Shown piece by piece: positions 40,598 through 50,836 of a DNA stretch of 64,000 nt. The notes under the pieces were generated by a model. It was not told where the DNA came from. It saw only the letters and a list, made by a program, of their open reading frames with translations, and did no database searches. This DNA is from a bacterium (lineage in GTDB: Bacteria; DRYD01): NCBI GenBank assembly GCA_030549815.1, contig JAUQQQ010000006.1:59450-123449 (forward strand), read 5' to 3'. Each line of letters begins with the position of its first letter. The first letter of the stretch is position 1. A program made the position numbers and the translations under genes.

Positions 40598-41321
40598 TTT
40601 GTTTTATTTCCTTATAATCATTGGGAATAGAAAAGAAATCTTCTGGTTCTTCAATTATTTTTATTGTTTCTAATTTTTGTTTATATTTTCCATATTCTGA
40701 AGATATTTCTATTATTATATATCCCTCTTGTATTTTTTGATTGATTTCTTGTAAGAAAGGCACTTTTTGAAATAAATCGAAAATTTTATAGGAATTGGAA
40801 TTGGTTATAGTATTATAACTTTTTAAATCTTCTTCGCTAAATATTTGGTTTTTGTGTGCTATTGTTATATCCATAAAGTTGGTTTGTTGGAATGAAATTT
40901 TGTAATGTGTCGCATTAATATTTTTTTGATTTACTTGGGTTTGAGTTGATGTTTTACTTATTTGTAGATTTTTTAATACTTCAGATATTGTTGGATCTGA
41001 TAGAATTTGATTTGTGTTATTTATCAGGTCATTTATATCTTGTTCTTTTTTTGTGTAGGATTTATTTTTGTGGTCGATTAAAATTGTTAGGATTTTGGGG
41101 TAGTTATTGAAAAACATCAGGTTTGTGTATGTAATTTGGTTTTTATCTAAAACATCTATTCGGGTGGAATTTATGGATGAGTAGAGGTTATAGGATTTTT
41201 CATCAGTTTGATTTCCGTATACCTCTTCCGAAATTTTGATATTTTGGTAAAGAATCTTTTGAGCAAAGATTGTATATAGAATAAAGTATATTACTAACGT
41301 TAAGGCTATTATTTTTTTCAT
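40578..41321 (-). CDS. Secreted protein, DUF4412-like
   Basis: Signal peptide MKKIIAL...IFA; LIDHKNKSY; C-terminal FSIPNDYKEI. Confidence 0.65.
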   Translation of the reverse strand: MKKIIALTLVIYFILYTIFAQKILYQNIKISEEVYGNQTDEKSYNLYSSINSTRIDVLDKNQITYTNLMFFNNYPKILTILIDHKNKSYTKKEQDINDLINNTNQILSDPTISEVLKNLQISKTSTQTQVNQKNINATHYKISFQQTNFMDITIAHKNQIFSEEDLKSYNTITNSNSYKIFDLFQKVPFLQEINQKIQEGYIIIEISSEYGKYKQKLETIKIIEEPEDFFSIPNDYKEIKQNGNKNQ

Positions 41322-41460
41322 TTTTTCCTCCTTTACAATTTTTATTCCTTTATATTATATTTAATCATTTTTTTTATTTTCATTCTTTAGAAAGAAAATT
41401 TTAACATTTTTTTTACAAATTCAAAAGAATTTATTGAGAAATAAAAAAAATTATTAATAA

Positions 41461-42240
41461 ATGAAAGGTTTTGTATTTGCTAATTTTATTTTTATTTTAC
41501 TTTTATTTTCATTTGTTTTTGCTGATAAAAGATTGGAATATATTTTTTATTATGATTACTTTAAACCAAAGGAAAGCTATGGAAATTATAAAACATATGC
41601 AATTAGATATTTTGACAGAATAAGTAAAAAGCAAACTAATTTCTTTGAATTATATTTTCATAATCCTCCTAATAATAAAGAAGGTAATGTTTTTGTTACA
41701 GGAGTGTATAAAGATTGGAGTGAAAGGTTGTTTTCGTATTCATCTATTTCATTTGGAACTAAGGCAGATTATCTACCAAAATTTAGAATAGACCATGAAT
41801 TTTTCTATAAAACAGGGAAAAGTAAAGAATTATTGCTTAGTATTGGAGCGTATTATATTCGATATTATAATAAATACCAAGACTTTACATTTTCATATGG
41901 GATTGTTTATTATTCTAATGGCTGGAATTTTACTTATAAAAAATTAGAAAGTAATATAAATCCAGGCTCAACCAGATCATACACGGATATATATAGTTTG
42001 GGATTGGGGTTTGAAAAAAAATACTGGCTCTACTTAACTTATAATTATGGTAATCAATCTTATATAAGTAATTTTTATTCAATCCCTTTTAGGTTTGATT
42101 CTAAATTTAGCTTCTACCAACTAAATTACAGAACATGGATTAAGGATAACAAAGGAATTATTATAGAATACAATAAATTAAATTTAAAAAATAGTTACTA
42201 TAAGAATGGATTTATGGTAGGAGTATTTTATGAATTTTGA
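41461..42240 (+). CDS. YaiO-family outer-membrane beta-barrel
   Basis: Signal peptide; YDYF...YG, YKDW, YLPK.R.D, NINPG; alternating aromatic strands; terminal YEF. Confidence 0.8.
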   Translation: MKGFVFANFIFILLLFSFVFADKRLEYIFYYDYFKPKESYGNYKTYAIRYFDRISKKQTNFFELYFHNPPNNKEGNVFVTGVYKDWSERLFSYSSISFGTKADYLPKFRIDHEFFYKTGKSKELLLSIGAYYIRYYNKYQDFTFSYGIVYYSNGWNFTYKKLESNINPGSTRSYTDIYSLGLGFEKKYWLYLTYNYGNQSYISNFYSIPFRFDSKFSFYQLNYRTWIKDNKGIIIEYNKLNLKNSYYKNGFMVGVFYEF

Positions 42241-43042
42241 AAAAGAATTTGAATTAATGAAAAAAAATTTAATGAAATATATTTATTATCATCGCTTTGG
42301 TAGGAGACTCCACATTAATTTATTTTTTTCAATTTTAAATTTTTTTATTATTTTAATTCTTGCTTTTTTCCTTGCCTTTTATAAATATGATGAAATCAAT
42401 CATTTTTTTATTAGTTTTTTATCTAAATATTTTGATGAATATGTTATTGAAAATTTATTCATAAATTTTGGATTTTATACTATAAATTTGCATTATTTGA
42501 TAATACTTGGTAGATTTCCAAATAATTTCGAAATTTTAGTTTCACTTCTTTTTATTAGTATTTTGGGATTGCTATTATTTATTTATAGGAGAAAGATATT
42601 AGCATTTTTTATGTGGTATGTTTTCTTTTCTATTCCGTTTATCGTTTCTGTTTTTTATTTTACTTTTTTTAAAAATTATTTTCCTTATACTGTTAGGGAA
42701 TTTTCAATTCTTTATACTTTATTGCAATATGGTATAACTGTCTTTTTTGTATTTATCATTGCTGTTTCCATATCAGTTATAAGCTTTAGTTTTTGGACTA
42801 CATTTACTAACATTATTTTTACATTTTTGCTAATTTTTTATATCTTCTTATTTGGATATTTAAGGTATTTTGTTTTTTTGCTTGTATTAAATAAGATGTC
42901 ATATTTGTATATGGCTAACTTATTTTTTACATTTGGGCCATCACTTGATTTTTTATATTTTACTTCCTTTTATACTTTGTATATTTCTTTACTAATGAAA
43001 AATATTATGAGAAATTCGATGTTATGGAAATTTGTTAGTTAA
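42230..43042 (+). CDS. Polytopic membrane protein of the YaiO/GT2 operon
   Basis: About 6 TM helices; overlaps the barrel gene; FGPSLDFLY motif. Confidence 0.75.
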   Translation: MNFEKEFELMKKNLMKYIYYHRFGRRLHINLFFSILNFFIILILAFFLAFYKYDEINHFFISFLSKYFDEYVIENLFINFGFYTINLHYLIILGRFPNNFEILVSLLFISILGLLLFIYRRKILAFFMWYVFFSIPFIVSVFYFTFFKNYFPYTVREFSILYTLLQYGITVFFVFIIAVSISVISFSFWTTFTNIIFTFLLIFYIFLFGYLRYFVFLLVLNKMSYLYMANLFFTFGPSLDFLYFTSFYTLYISLLMKNIMRNSMLWKFVS

Positions 43043-43045
43043 AAA

Positions 43046-44335
43046 ATGACAGAAATATTAAAATTATTTTTAAAAATATATTTGCTTATTTTAATGATTA
43101 TTCTTACACTATATGCAATAAGGCATTATGTATTTAGTTTTAACAGGTTATTCGGTAAGCAAAGAATGTATTATCAAGACATTATTGATTCAGATTTGCC
43201 CTTTATAAGTGTTTTAATACCAATGCATAACGAGGAAAAAGTTCTTCATACTATTCTTAATTCTCTTATAAATACTGATTACCCTAAAGATAAATTAGAA
43301 ATAATCCCTGTTAATGATCATTCAACGGATAAGACTAAAGAAATATTGGATAATTATGCTTCCAAATACAGTTTTATAAAGCCATTTCATAGATATAGTG
43401 GTGATAGAGGAAAACAGAATGCATTGAATGATGCTGTTGAAGTAGCAAAGGGAGAAATAATAGTAGTTTATGACGCTGACTATATTGTTCCAAAAGGACA
43501 ATTGAAAGATATGATAAAATTTTTTATAGATCCTGAGGTTGCTGCCGTTATGGGTAGGGTAGTGCCTGTTAATTTTGAATCTAATTTTTTGACGATGATG
43601 CTTGACTTAGAAAGATCTGCTGGATATCAGGTTGATCAACAAGCGAGATACAAGCTTGATCTTATTCCTCAGTATGGTGGAACTGTTGGAGCTTTTAGAA
43701 AAGACGTATTTATAAATTTAGGAAAATTTGACCCCAAAGTATTGGCAGAAGACACAGAACTTACTTTTAAGATATTCCTTAATGGATACAAAGTTGCTTA
43801 TGCAAACAGATTAGAATGTTATGAAGAAGCACCAGAGGATTGGTACATAAGAGCAAAACAAGTAAGAAGATGGTCAAGAGGACATAATCAGGTTTTATTC
43901 AAATACTTTATTCCTTTAATTCTTTCTGACAAATTGAGATTAATCCAAAAAATAGACGGTCTGTTTTTACTTTTTGTTTATGCTGTTCCTTTTTTTACTC
44001 TTTTAGGTTTTTTTGCATCTTTGATTTTGTTTTTTCTTGGTGATATGACGATTTCTTCTTATTACTTGTTTTTATTAGCGGTTTTTGCTTATAATTCATA
44101 TGGTAATTTTGCTCCGTTTTTCCAAATTGTTACTGCTGCAATTTTAGATGGAAGAGTATACTCAGTTAGAATTATACCTTTATTTTTCTTTTCTTTTGTT
44201 TTTAATTTGTTTTATACTTCTTTGGGATTTGTTGATGCTGTTATTGATATCATTTTAAAAAGAAAACCAGTTTGGCATAAAACATTAAGGTTTAGGAAAG
44301 ATAAGGATGTAAAAGCAGATGATAATAACAAATAA
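43046..44335 (+). CDS. Processive GT2 glycosyltransferase (PgaC/IcaA/YaiP-like synthase)
   Basis: PMHNEE, DHSTD, GKQNALN, DAD, AEDT, QVRRW; flanking TMs. Confidence 0.93.
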   Translation: MTEILKLFLKIYLLILMIILTLYAIRHYVFSFNRLFGKQRMYYQDIIDSDLPFISVLIPMHNEEKVLHTILNSLINTDYPKDKLEIIPVNDHSTDKTKEILDNYASKYSFIKPFHRYSGDRGKQNALNDAVEVAKGEIIVVYDADYIVPKGQLKDMIKFFIDPEVAAVMGRVVPVNFESNFLTMMLDLERSAGYQVDQQARYKLDLIPQYGGTVGAFRKDVFINLGKFDPKVLAEDTELTFKIFLNGYKVAYANRLECYEEAPEDWYIRAKQVRRWSRGHNQVLFKYFIPLILSDKLRLIQKIDGLFLLFVYAVPFFTLLGFFASLILFFLGDMTISSYYLFLLAVFAYNSYGNFAPFFQIVTAAILDGRVYSVRIIPLFFFSFVFNLFYTSLGFVDAVIDIILKRKPVWHKTLRFRKDKDVKADDNNK

Positions 44336-45356
44336 TCCATTTTTGTTTATTTTTCAATATATTTTTGATAATTTGCATCTTGCTTTGTGGCAGATTGTTT
44401 TAATTTTTGCTATTATTTTTGCTATTCCATTAATTTTTCCTCTTTATGAATTATGGAGAAAAAAAGAAGGAAAACTTAATGTAGATCTATTATATTCACG
44501 GTCTCCTGATTATTGGGGAAAATCTTATCTCAATCTTTTGCTATGTACCCTTTCTAATAATTTAAATAATATAAAATCTTTTGATGACATAAAAAATATC
44601 GAAGCTGATGTCTTATTGGAATTAAATTTTTGTTTTGACAAAGGTAAAGATAAATTTTTTATCACTAAAGATTTTGTAAAAAACATAGAAAAAATAACCA
44701 ATGCCAAGAAAATAAATTTTATTGTCTTAAATACTAACAACTCGGTATTGGATAAATCTTTTGTTTTTGATAAAGAAGTAATTATATTCGGTGATTTGAT
44801 CTTAAATTCTGAGTGTATTTTCAATAGCTTAATAGTTTTGGGAGACCTTTATATCAATTCGAAAACAAGGGTTTTAAAATTTTTACATGTTGAGGGTAAA
44901 GTATTTATTAATAATGAAATTAATATAGGAAATATTTTCTATGCTTCGGATTCAATTAGTGTTCTTGCTCCTGTTGCCTACAAGAGAATTTTCTCTCCAA
45001 GAATTATATCAAAAGAAGATATAGATGAGCATAAATATTTAAATGTGGAAGAAAACAAAAGAATAGAAATATCAGGTAATATGAAAGTTGAAGGTAAATT
45101 AAATATAGAATCAAAAGAGAAATATGTTATAATTGATGGTAATTTGATTTGTAATAGTGATCTTAAATTAGCAGGCAATGTTTGGGCTAAGAATAATGTT
45201 TTTTCTCAAGAAAATATATTTTTGTCAGATGGTGTAATTGTTGGGGTGTCTAATAAAATAAAATCAGTGGTTGCAAGAAAAAAAGTTGTAATTAACGGAA
45301 AAGTTAAAATATATGGTTATGTCCATTCTGAACAAGAATCAATTATCAATCCTTAA
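44319..45356 (+). CDS. Membrane-anchored protein with beta-helix-like (polymer-forming-like) repeats
   Basis: N-terminal TM ending PLYELWRKK; repeated (I/V)xGxL / GN(I/V)x units. Confidence 0.6.
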   Translation: MIITNNPFLFIFQYIFDNLHLALWQIVLIFAIIFAIPLIFPLYELWRKKEGKLNVDLLYSRSPDYWGKSYLNLLLCTLSNNLNNIKSFDDIKNIEADVLLELNFCFDKGKDKFFITKDFVKNIEKITNAKKINFIVLNTNNSVLDKSFVFDKEVIIFGDLILNSECIFNSLIVLGDLYINSKTRVLKFLHVEGKVFINNEINIGNIFYASDSISVLAPVAYKRIFSPRIISKEDIDEHKYLNVEENKRIEISGNMKVEGKLNIESKEKYVIIDGNLICNSDLKLAGNVWAKNNVFSQENIFLSDGVIVGVSNKIKSVVARKKVVINGKVKIYGYVHSEQESIINP

Positions 45357-47226
45357 TTTGTCTGTAAATAGCAATATTATTAAAATTATTAAATACTCTG
45401 TATTTTTTGTTTTTTTTGCTGTTTTAACTTTATTTCTTTTTTTGATCAATAAAAATAGTAATTACTATTTGGAAAAGCAATACTATCCAATTATAATTAT
45501 ATACAATCCAGATTTTTATGAGCTTTACAAGCATAATTTACTTGCTTTTCAATATTCGTTAAAAGAAGAAGGAGTTAACTTTAAGACAGTAGATTCTTAT
45601 TCTTTCTTGTCTAATTACAAACTATACCTGGATGATCCTTATATAAAAGGTCTCATTTTCCCTGATAAAATAAATCAGTTTTTACCATACGATTATTATT
45701 TTATTGTAAAGAGATTTTTGGAATCTGGTGTAAATGTATTTCTTAGTTATGATGTTGGAGTTAAAGATAGATATGATAACTACCTAAAAGAATGTATATT
45801 TTCAGATTTTTTAGGTTTAAATTACATAACATATGAAAAAGAGAAAGAGAATAGTTATTTGGTTGATCAGGTTAAAGTTTTGGATTCAAAATTTTTAGGA
45901 TTTCCTACTTTTAGGCTTGATAATGATTTAATTGTTGGTTATAAGTATCCTAAAAAATTATATTATGTTGCTAATGTGGAAAAATTGGATGAAAAAGGAT
46001 TGGTGGTATTGGCTAAAACTGAAAACTATAATTTACCTTTCATAGCATATAAAAAATATAGTAATGGGATTTTATACTATGTTAATACTCCTGTAGGTTA
46101 TCTAAAAGCTAATTCTGATGATTTAATTTTAAGAGTTAATTTAAGAACTTTTCTTTATAGGATTTGCAAGGTTAGTTCTGTATTAAATATTACCAATTGT
46201 AAACCTTGTATTATAATAAACTATCATTTGGATTCAAGTATTGATTGGAAATCTATTGAATTTTTGTATAGTAATGGGTATTTTACTAAAAATGTAAAAA
46301 ATTCGTTTCATGTAACTGCTGGAGACTTTAGGGATAGGGAGGGGGATGGATTAGGATTTGATGCTTGTGGGAAAGGGAAAAAATATGTTGAGATTATTAA
46401 AAATTATGGAGAAATAGGCTCTCATGGAGGATGGGCTCATAACTACTTTTCTTATACTATCCTTTATGATTCAGAAAAAGTTGATTTGCACAATTTTATA
46501 AAGAATTACATTAAAAAAAATAACGAATGTTTGGAAAGTATAGTTAAATATAAAATAAAAGAATATTCAGCTCCTAATGGTGTTTATCCTCAACCTATTA
46601 GTACTAAAATTTTGGAAGAATTGGAAATGAATTCATATTATTATGTTGGTGATTTAGGTAGCCAGCCTAATCTAACTTTCTATAACAATCAAGTAGTTTC
46701 TAATAAAGTTTTGGCTTTTCCTGTTATTCCTTATAAAACTATTGTCTCATTGGGGGAAATGAAAAAAAGAAATATTCCAGAGGAAGAAGTAGAAAGTTTT
46801 TTAAAATCAATTATTGATTATGTTATAAAAAATGAAACTATTCGTTTGTATTATACTCATCCTTATGATGTTCTGGAATATCCCAATGCCTATAAAGAGT
46901 TCTTAAATTATTTAGAATTAGAGATAAAGCAGGGAAAGATTCAAACACTAACAATGGATGAGTACGCAAAATTTTTCTTTAGATTTTTAAAAACTGAATT
47001 TGATATAAAACAACAACAAAATTCTATTTTTGTTTCATTGTACAATAATGATAGTTTGGAAGGAATAAGTTTTAGAATTAGTAAAGAGGAATTTGGAAGG
47101 CTAAAGATAAACCAAAGATATCTTGAGTCCAAAGGAGTATTTTTTGTAAAAGAAAACGATGATTATTACTATTTTATGATAAATTCAAAGAGGAATTTTG
47201 TTTTAATTATATTACCAAAGATTTAA
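45313..47226 (+). CDS. Polysaccharide deacetylase-domain protein
   Basis: N-terminal TM; NYHLDS, EIGSHGGWAH, YSAPNG, YTHP (NodB-like motifs). Confidence 0.8.
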   Translation: MVMSILNKNQLSILNLSVNSNIIKIIKYSVFFVFFAVLTLFLFLINKNSNYYLEKQYYPIIIIYNPDFYELYKHNLLAFQYSLKEEGVNFKTVDSYSFLSNYKLYLDDPYIKGLIFPDKINQFLPYDYYFIVKRFLESGVNVFLSYDVGVKDRYDNYLKECIFSDFLGLNYITYEKEKENSYLVDQVKVLDSKFLGFPTFRLDNDLIVGYKYPKKLYYVANVEKLDEKGLVVLAKTENYNLPFIAYKKYSNGILYYVNTPVGYLKANSDDLILRVNLRTFLYRICKVSSVLNITNCKPCIIINYHLDSSIDWKSIEFLYSNGYFTKNVKNSFHVTAGDFRDREGDGLGFDACGKGKKYVEIIKNYGEIGSHGGWAHNYFSYTILYDSEKVDLHNFIKNYIKKNNECLESIVKYKIKEYSAPNGVYPQPISTKILEELEMNSYYYVGDLGSQPNLTFYNNQVVSNKVLAFPVIPYKTIVSLGEMKKRNIPEEEVESFLKSIIDYVIKNETIRLYYTHPYDVLEYPNAYKEFLNYLELEIKQGKIQTLTMDEYAKFFFRFLKTEFDIKQQQNSIFVSLYNNDSLEGISFRISKEEFGRLKINQRYLESKGVFFVKENDDYYYFMINSKRNFVLIILPKI

Positions 47227-47528
47227 GAAATCAAATATTTAACAAAAATATCTTATTATATTAAAATGTTTTAGATTTGTTTTTGTTAGGGAGTAATAGA
47301 ATTTTTGTATAAAATAAGAACTTTCTTTTATGTAGCTTTGTTGTGAAAAAGTATAAAAAAGATAAAGATTTTATTTAATATTAGAGCAAATATTAAAAAA
47401 ATGTTCTAAATAAAATTTATAAAATATTTTTAAAAAACTTTATAAAAATATTTATAAAAAAAATTTTATAAAAAGAAGGAAGGAATTTTTGATAAAAATG
47501 TATAAATATAAAATAGGAGGTGATAAAA

Positions 47529-49346
47529 ATGCCAAAAGCAGTAGGAATAGATTTGGGAACCACTAACTCAGTTATAGCTTATAAAGATGCTTCTGGAAAT
47601 GTTGTTGTTATACCCAATGCCGAAGGATCAAGGTTAACACCATCAGTCGTTTCCTTCAAAGATAATGAAATAATCGTTGGAGAGCATGCAAAAAGAAGAG
47701 CAATCCTAAATCCTGAAAACACTGTAATATCAATTAAAAGAAAAATGGGGTCTGATTATAAGGTAAGAATTGAAGGAAAAGAGTATACACCCGAACAAAT
47801 ATCTGCTTTTATTCTACAAAAACTAAAAAGAGACGCAGAAGCATATTTAGGAGAACCAATCCAAGACGCTGTTATTACCGTACCTGCATATTTTAATAAC
47901 CCCCAAAGAGAAGCAACAAAAAACGCAGGAATTATAGCAGGATTTAATGTTTTAAGAATAATTAACGAACCTACAGCAGCAGCACTGGCTTATGGGTTAG
48001 ATAAACAAGATCAAGTACTAACAGTTTTAGTGTTTGACTTAGGAGGAGGAACATTTGACGTATCAGTCTTAGAAATAGGACAAGGAGTTTTCCAAGTTAA
48101 AGCAACTGCAGGAGACAACCACTTGGGTGGAGATGACTGGGACCAAAAAATTATTGACTGGATACTTGAAGAATTCCAAAAAGAACACGGAATAAATTTG
48201 AGAAATGAAAAAGCTTCAATGCAAAGAATTAGAGAAGCAGCAGAAAATGCTAAAAAAGAACTATCTATTAAATTAGAAACTGAAATAAACTTACCATACA
48301 TATATGCCGATGAAAAAGGTCCAAAACATATTCAACTTAAATTAACAAGAGCAAGATTTGAAGAAATGTCTAAGGATCTTATGAAAAGGTTAGAAGAACC
48401 ATGCAGAAGAGTCTTGGATGACCTTAAAATAACTCCAGACAAAATAGATAGAGTTTTACTTGTTGGTGGATCTACTAGAATGCCCATGGTTCAAGATTTT
48501 GTCAGAAAATTCTTTGGAAAAGAGCCTGCAAAAGATATAAATCCTGATGAAGCTGTCGCTATTGGTGCAGCAATCCAAGCATCAATCATTAAAGGAGAAA
48601 CCAAAGATATCGTCTTAGTTGATATTACTCCTCTTTCCTTAGGTGTTGAAGTTATGGGTGGAATGACTCACGTATTGATACCAAGAAATACACCAATACC
48701 AACACAAAAATCTGAAATATTCACAACTGCAGCAGATTTCCAAACTAATGTTGAAGTACACGTCGTGCAAGGTGAAAGAGCAATGGCTAAAGATAATATA
48801 TCATTAGGTAGATTTATACTTTCTGATATACCTCCTGCACCAAGGGGAATACCACAAATTGAAGTAACCTTCGAAATAGATGCAAATGGAATATTAAACG
48901 TAACTGCTAAAGATAAATCCACTGGTAAATCACAAAAGATAACAATAACCGGAGCTACAAAACTATCAAAAGAAGATATAGACAGAATGATCAAAGATGC
49001 ACAGCAGTATGCGGAACAAGATAGAAAATATAGAGAATTAGTTGAAGCAAGAAATAGATTGGATCATATCATTTACTTGTCAGAAAAAGCTCTAAAAGAA
49101 TATCAGAATGCGGATCCAAATTTAAAATCAGAACTAGAAAAAGAAATACAAGAAGCCAAAAACATAATGAATTCTGAAGATATAAGTTTAATAAATAGAC
49201 AAGTTGATAGGTTACAAATGGCATTGTCTAAATTCTCTTCGAGTGCTTACGCTGCTACTGGTGCAGCAGCCGGTGCAACAGCAAGCTCAACTGAAGGACA
49301 ATCTACATCTGAAAATACTCAACAAAACTATAAAATAGAAGATTAA
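47529..49346 (+). CDS. dnaK: Chaperone DnaK
   Basis: [39 protein letters not shown]; ATG at 47529 follows AGGAGGTG. Confidence 0.99.
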   Translation: MPKAVGIDLGTTNSVIAYKDASGNVVVIPNAEGSRLTPSVVSFKDNEIIVGEHAKRRAILNPENTVISIKRKMGSDYKVRIEGKEYTPEQISAFILQKLKRDAEAYLGEPIQDAVITVPAYFNNPQREATKNAGIIAGFNVLRIINEPTAAALAYGLDKQDQVLTVLVFDLGGGTFDVSVLEIGQGVFQVKATAGDNHLGGDDWDQKIIDWILEEFQKEHGINLRNEKASMQRIREAAENAKKELSIKLETEINLPYIYADEKGPKHIQLKLTRARFEEMSKDLMKRLEEPCRRVLDDLKITPDKIDRVLLVGGSTRMPMVQDFVRKFFGKEPAKDINPDEAVAIGAAIQASIIKGETKDIVLVDITPLSLGVEVMGGMTHVLIPRNTPIPTQKSEIFTTAADFQTNVEVHVVQGERAMAKDNISLGRFILSDIPPAPRGIPQIEVTFEIDANGILNVTAKDKSTGKSQKITITGATKLSKEDIDRMIKDAQQYAEQDRKYRELVEARNRLDHIIYLSEKALKEYQNADPNLKSELEKEIQEAKNIMNSEDISLINRQVDRLQMALSKFSSSAYAATGAAAGATASSTEGQSTSENTQQNYKIED

Positions 49347-49353
49347 TGAAAAT

Positions 49354-49380
49354 AGAAGGGGGGCTTTTAGCCCCCCTTCT
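49354..49380. terminator. Intrinsic terminator hairpin, probably bidirectional, between convergent dnaK and gdhA
   Basis: AGAAGGGGGGCT-TTT-AGCCCCCCTTCT, a perfect 12-bp stem. Confidence 0.85.
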
Positions 49381-49411
49381 TGTAAAAATTTCCCAAAAAC
49401 CTAATTTTTTT

Positions 49412-50797
49412 CTATGGGAAAATACCCAACTGACTGTATGAAACACTTATTTTTTCTAAAGCTAAAACAAATGCCGCAGTTTTCAAATCTATGTTTTTCT
49501 CTTCAGCTTTCTGAATTATGTTATTAAAACCACTAACCATACTTTCATAAAGCCCTGATCTCACTATATCTTCTTCTGAAAAACCGTTTAGGATATTTTT
49601 GTATTCAATTTTTTTGCCTGTTATTTTCTCGATTTCTTTTATAAGGTTAATATTATTTTGTTCTCTTAATCTCTTTTCTAATCTCCCAAATCTAACATGA
49701 GAGAGATTTTTTAAGTATTCAAAATAGGATACTGTTACTCCTCCTGAGTTAAAGAGAATATCTGGTATTATAAGTTTTTCATTTACTAATTTGTAGTGTG
49801 CTTTAAATGTAGTAGGACCATTTGCCGCTTCTGCTATTATCTTTGCTTTGATTTTTTCTATATTGTCCTCATTTATAACATTTTCTAAAGCGGCAGGTAT
49901 TAGTACATCGACTTCTAAAAACAATGAATCATTGGGATTAGGAGAAGAATTCTTTGTAAATCCCAAAACTCCACCTTTTTCCTTGCTGTACTCATACAGT
50001 TTATCTACATCTATTCCATTTTCATCGAATACTGTTCCTGTTATATCTGATATAGCTACTATTTTTATTTTTTTATCAAATAAAAATTTAGCTAAGTAGT
50101 ATCCTACATTACCAAATCCTTGGATTGATACGGTAATATCCTCTATATCTTTTTCTACGTTGAATTTCTTGAGAATATCTTTTCTTTCATTAAAAAGATA
50201 TTCTATTACGTAGAACGCACCTAATCCTGTGGCGTATTTTCTTCCTCTAATTCCTCCTTGTTCTATTGGTTTTCCTGTTACGCATGCTAAGTAATCTACT
50301 TCTCTGTTAGATAAAGTAGCGTAGGTATCAAGTATCCAAGCCATTTCTCTTTCTCCGGACCCCATATCTGGTCCTGGTACGTCTATAGCTGGACCTATAA
50401 AATTTTTCCTATACAATTCAAAAGTATATCTTCTTATTATTTTTTCAAGTTCGTTTAATGAATATTTCTTGGGGTTTATTTTTATCCCACCCTTTGCTCC
50501 TCCAAATGGTATATCCATTATTGCACATTTATAACTCATCAAAGCGGATAGTGCCATCACTTCATCTAAATTAACATCTTCACTTATTCTAATTCCGCCT
50601 TTTGTGGGTAATTTATGAAAGCTATGTTGTGCTCTCCATCCATATATTGTTTCTATTTCCCCATTATCTCTTTTTATAGGAAAGGTTATACTTAAAACAG
50701 ATTTGTACTGTTTTATTAAATCAAGTAATTTTTTGTCAGTTTTTACATAATTTGTTGCATAATCTATGAATGAATTAACTTCCTTAAAGAAGCTCAC
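49412..50797 (-). CDS. gdhA: Glutamate dehydrogenase (Glu/Leu/Phe/Val family)
   Basis: KGGIR, PFGGAKGG, DVPGPD, TGKP..GG..GR, QGFGNVG, EAANGP, GGVTVSYFE. Confidence 0.95.
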   Translation of the reverse strand: MSFFKEVNSFIDYATNYVKTDKKLLDLIKQYKSVLSITFPIKRDNGEIETIYGWRAQHSFHKLPTKGGIRISEDVNLDEVMALSALMSYKCAIMDIPFGGAKGGIKINPKKYSLNELEKIIRRYTFELYRKNFIGPAIDVPGPDMGSGEREMAWILDTYATLSNREVDYLACVTGKPIEQGGIRGRKYATGLGAFYVIEYLFNERKDILKKFNVEKDIEDITVSIQGFGNVGYYLAKFLFDKKIKIVAISDITGTVFDENGIDVDKLYEYSKEKGGVLGFTKNSSPNPNDSLFLEVDVLIPAALENVINEDNIEKIKAKIIAEAANGPTTFKAHYKLVNEKLIIPDILFNSGGVTVSYFEYLKNLSHVRFGRLEKRLREQNNINLIKEIEKITGKKIEYKNILNGFSEEDIVRSGLYESMVSGFNNIIQKAEEKNIDLKTAAFVLALEKISVSYSQLGIFP

Positions 50798-50836
50798 GGT
50801 TTTTCTCCTTTCCTTTTTGTTTCTATTTATTTTTAA

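Noticed and set aside
47227-47528. CIRCE or HAIR heat-shock operator upstream of dnaK
   Set aside because: Neither consensus inverted repeat is present.
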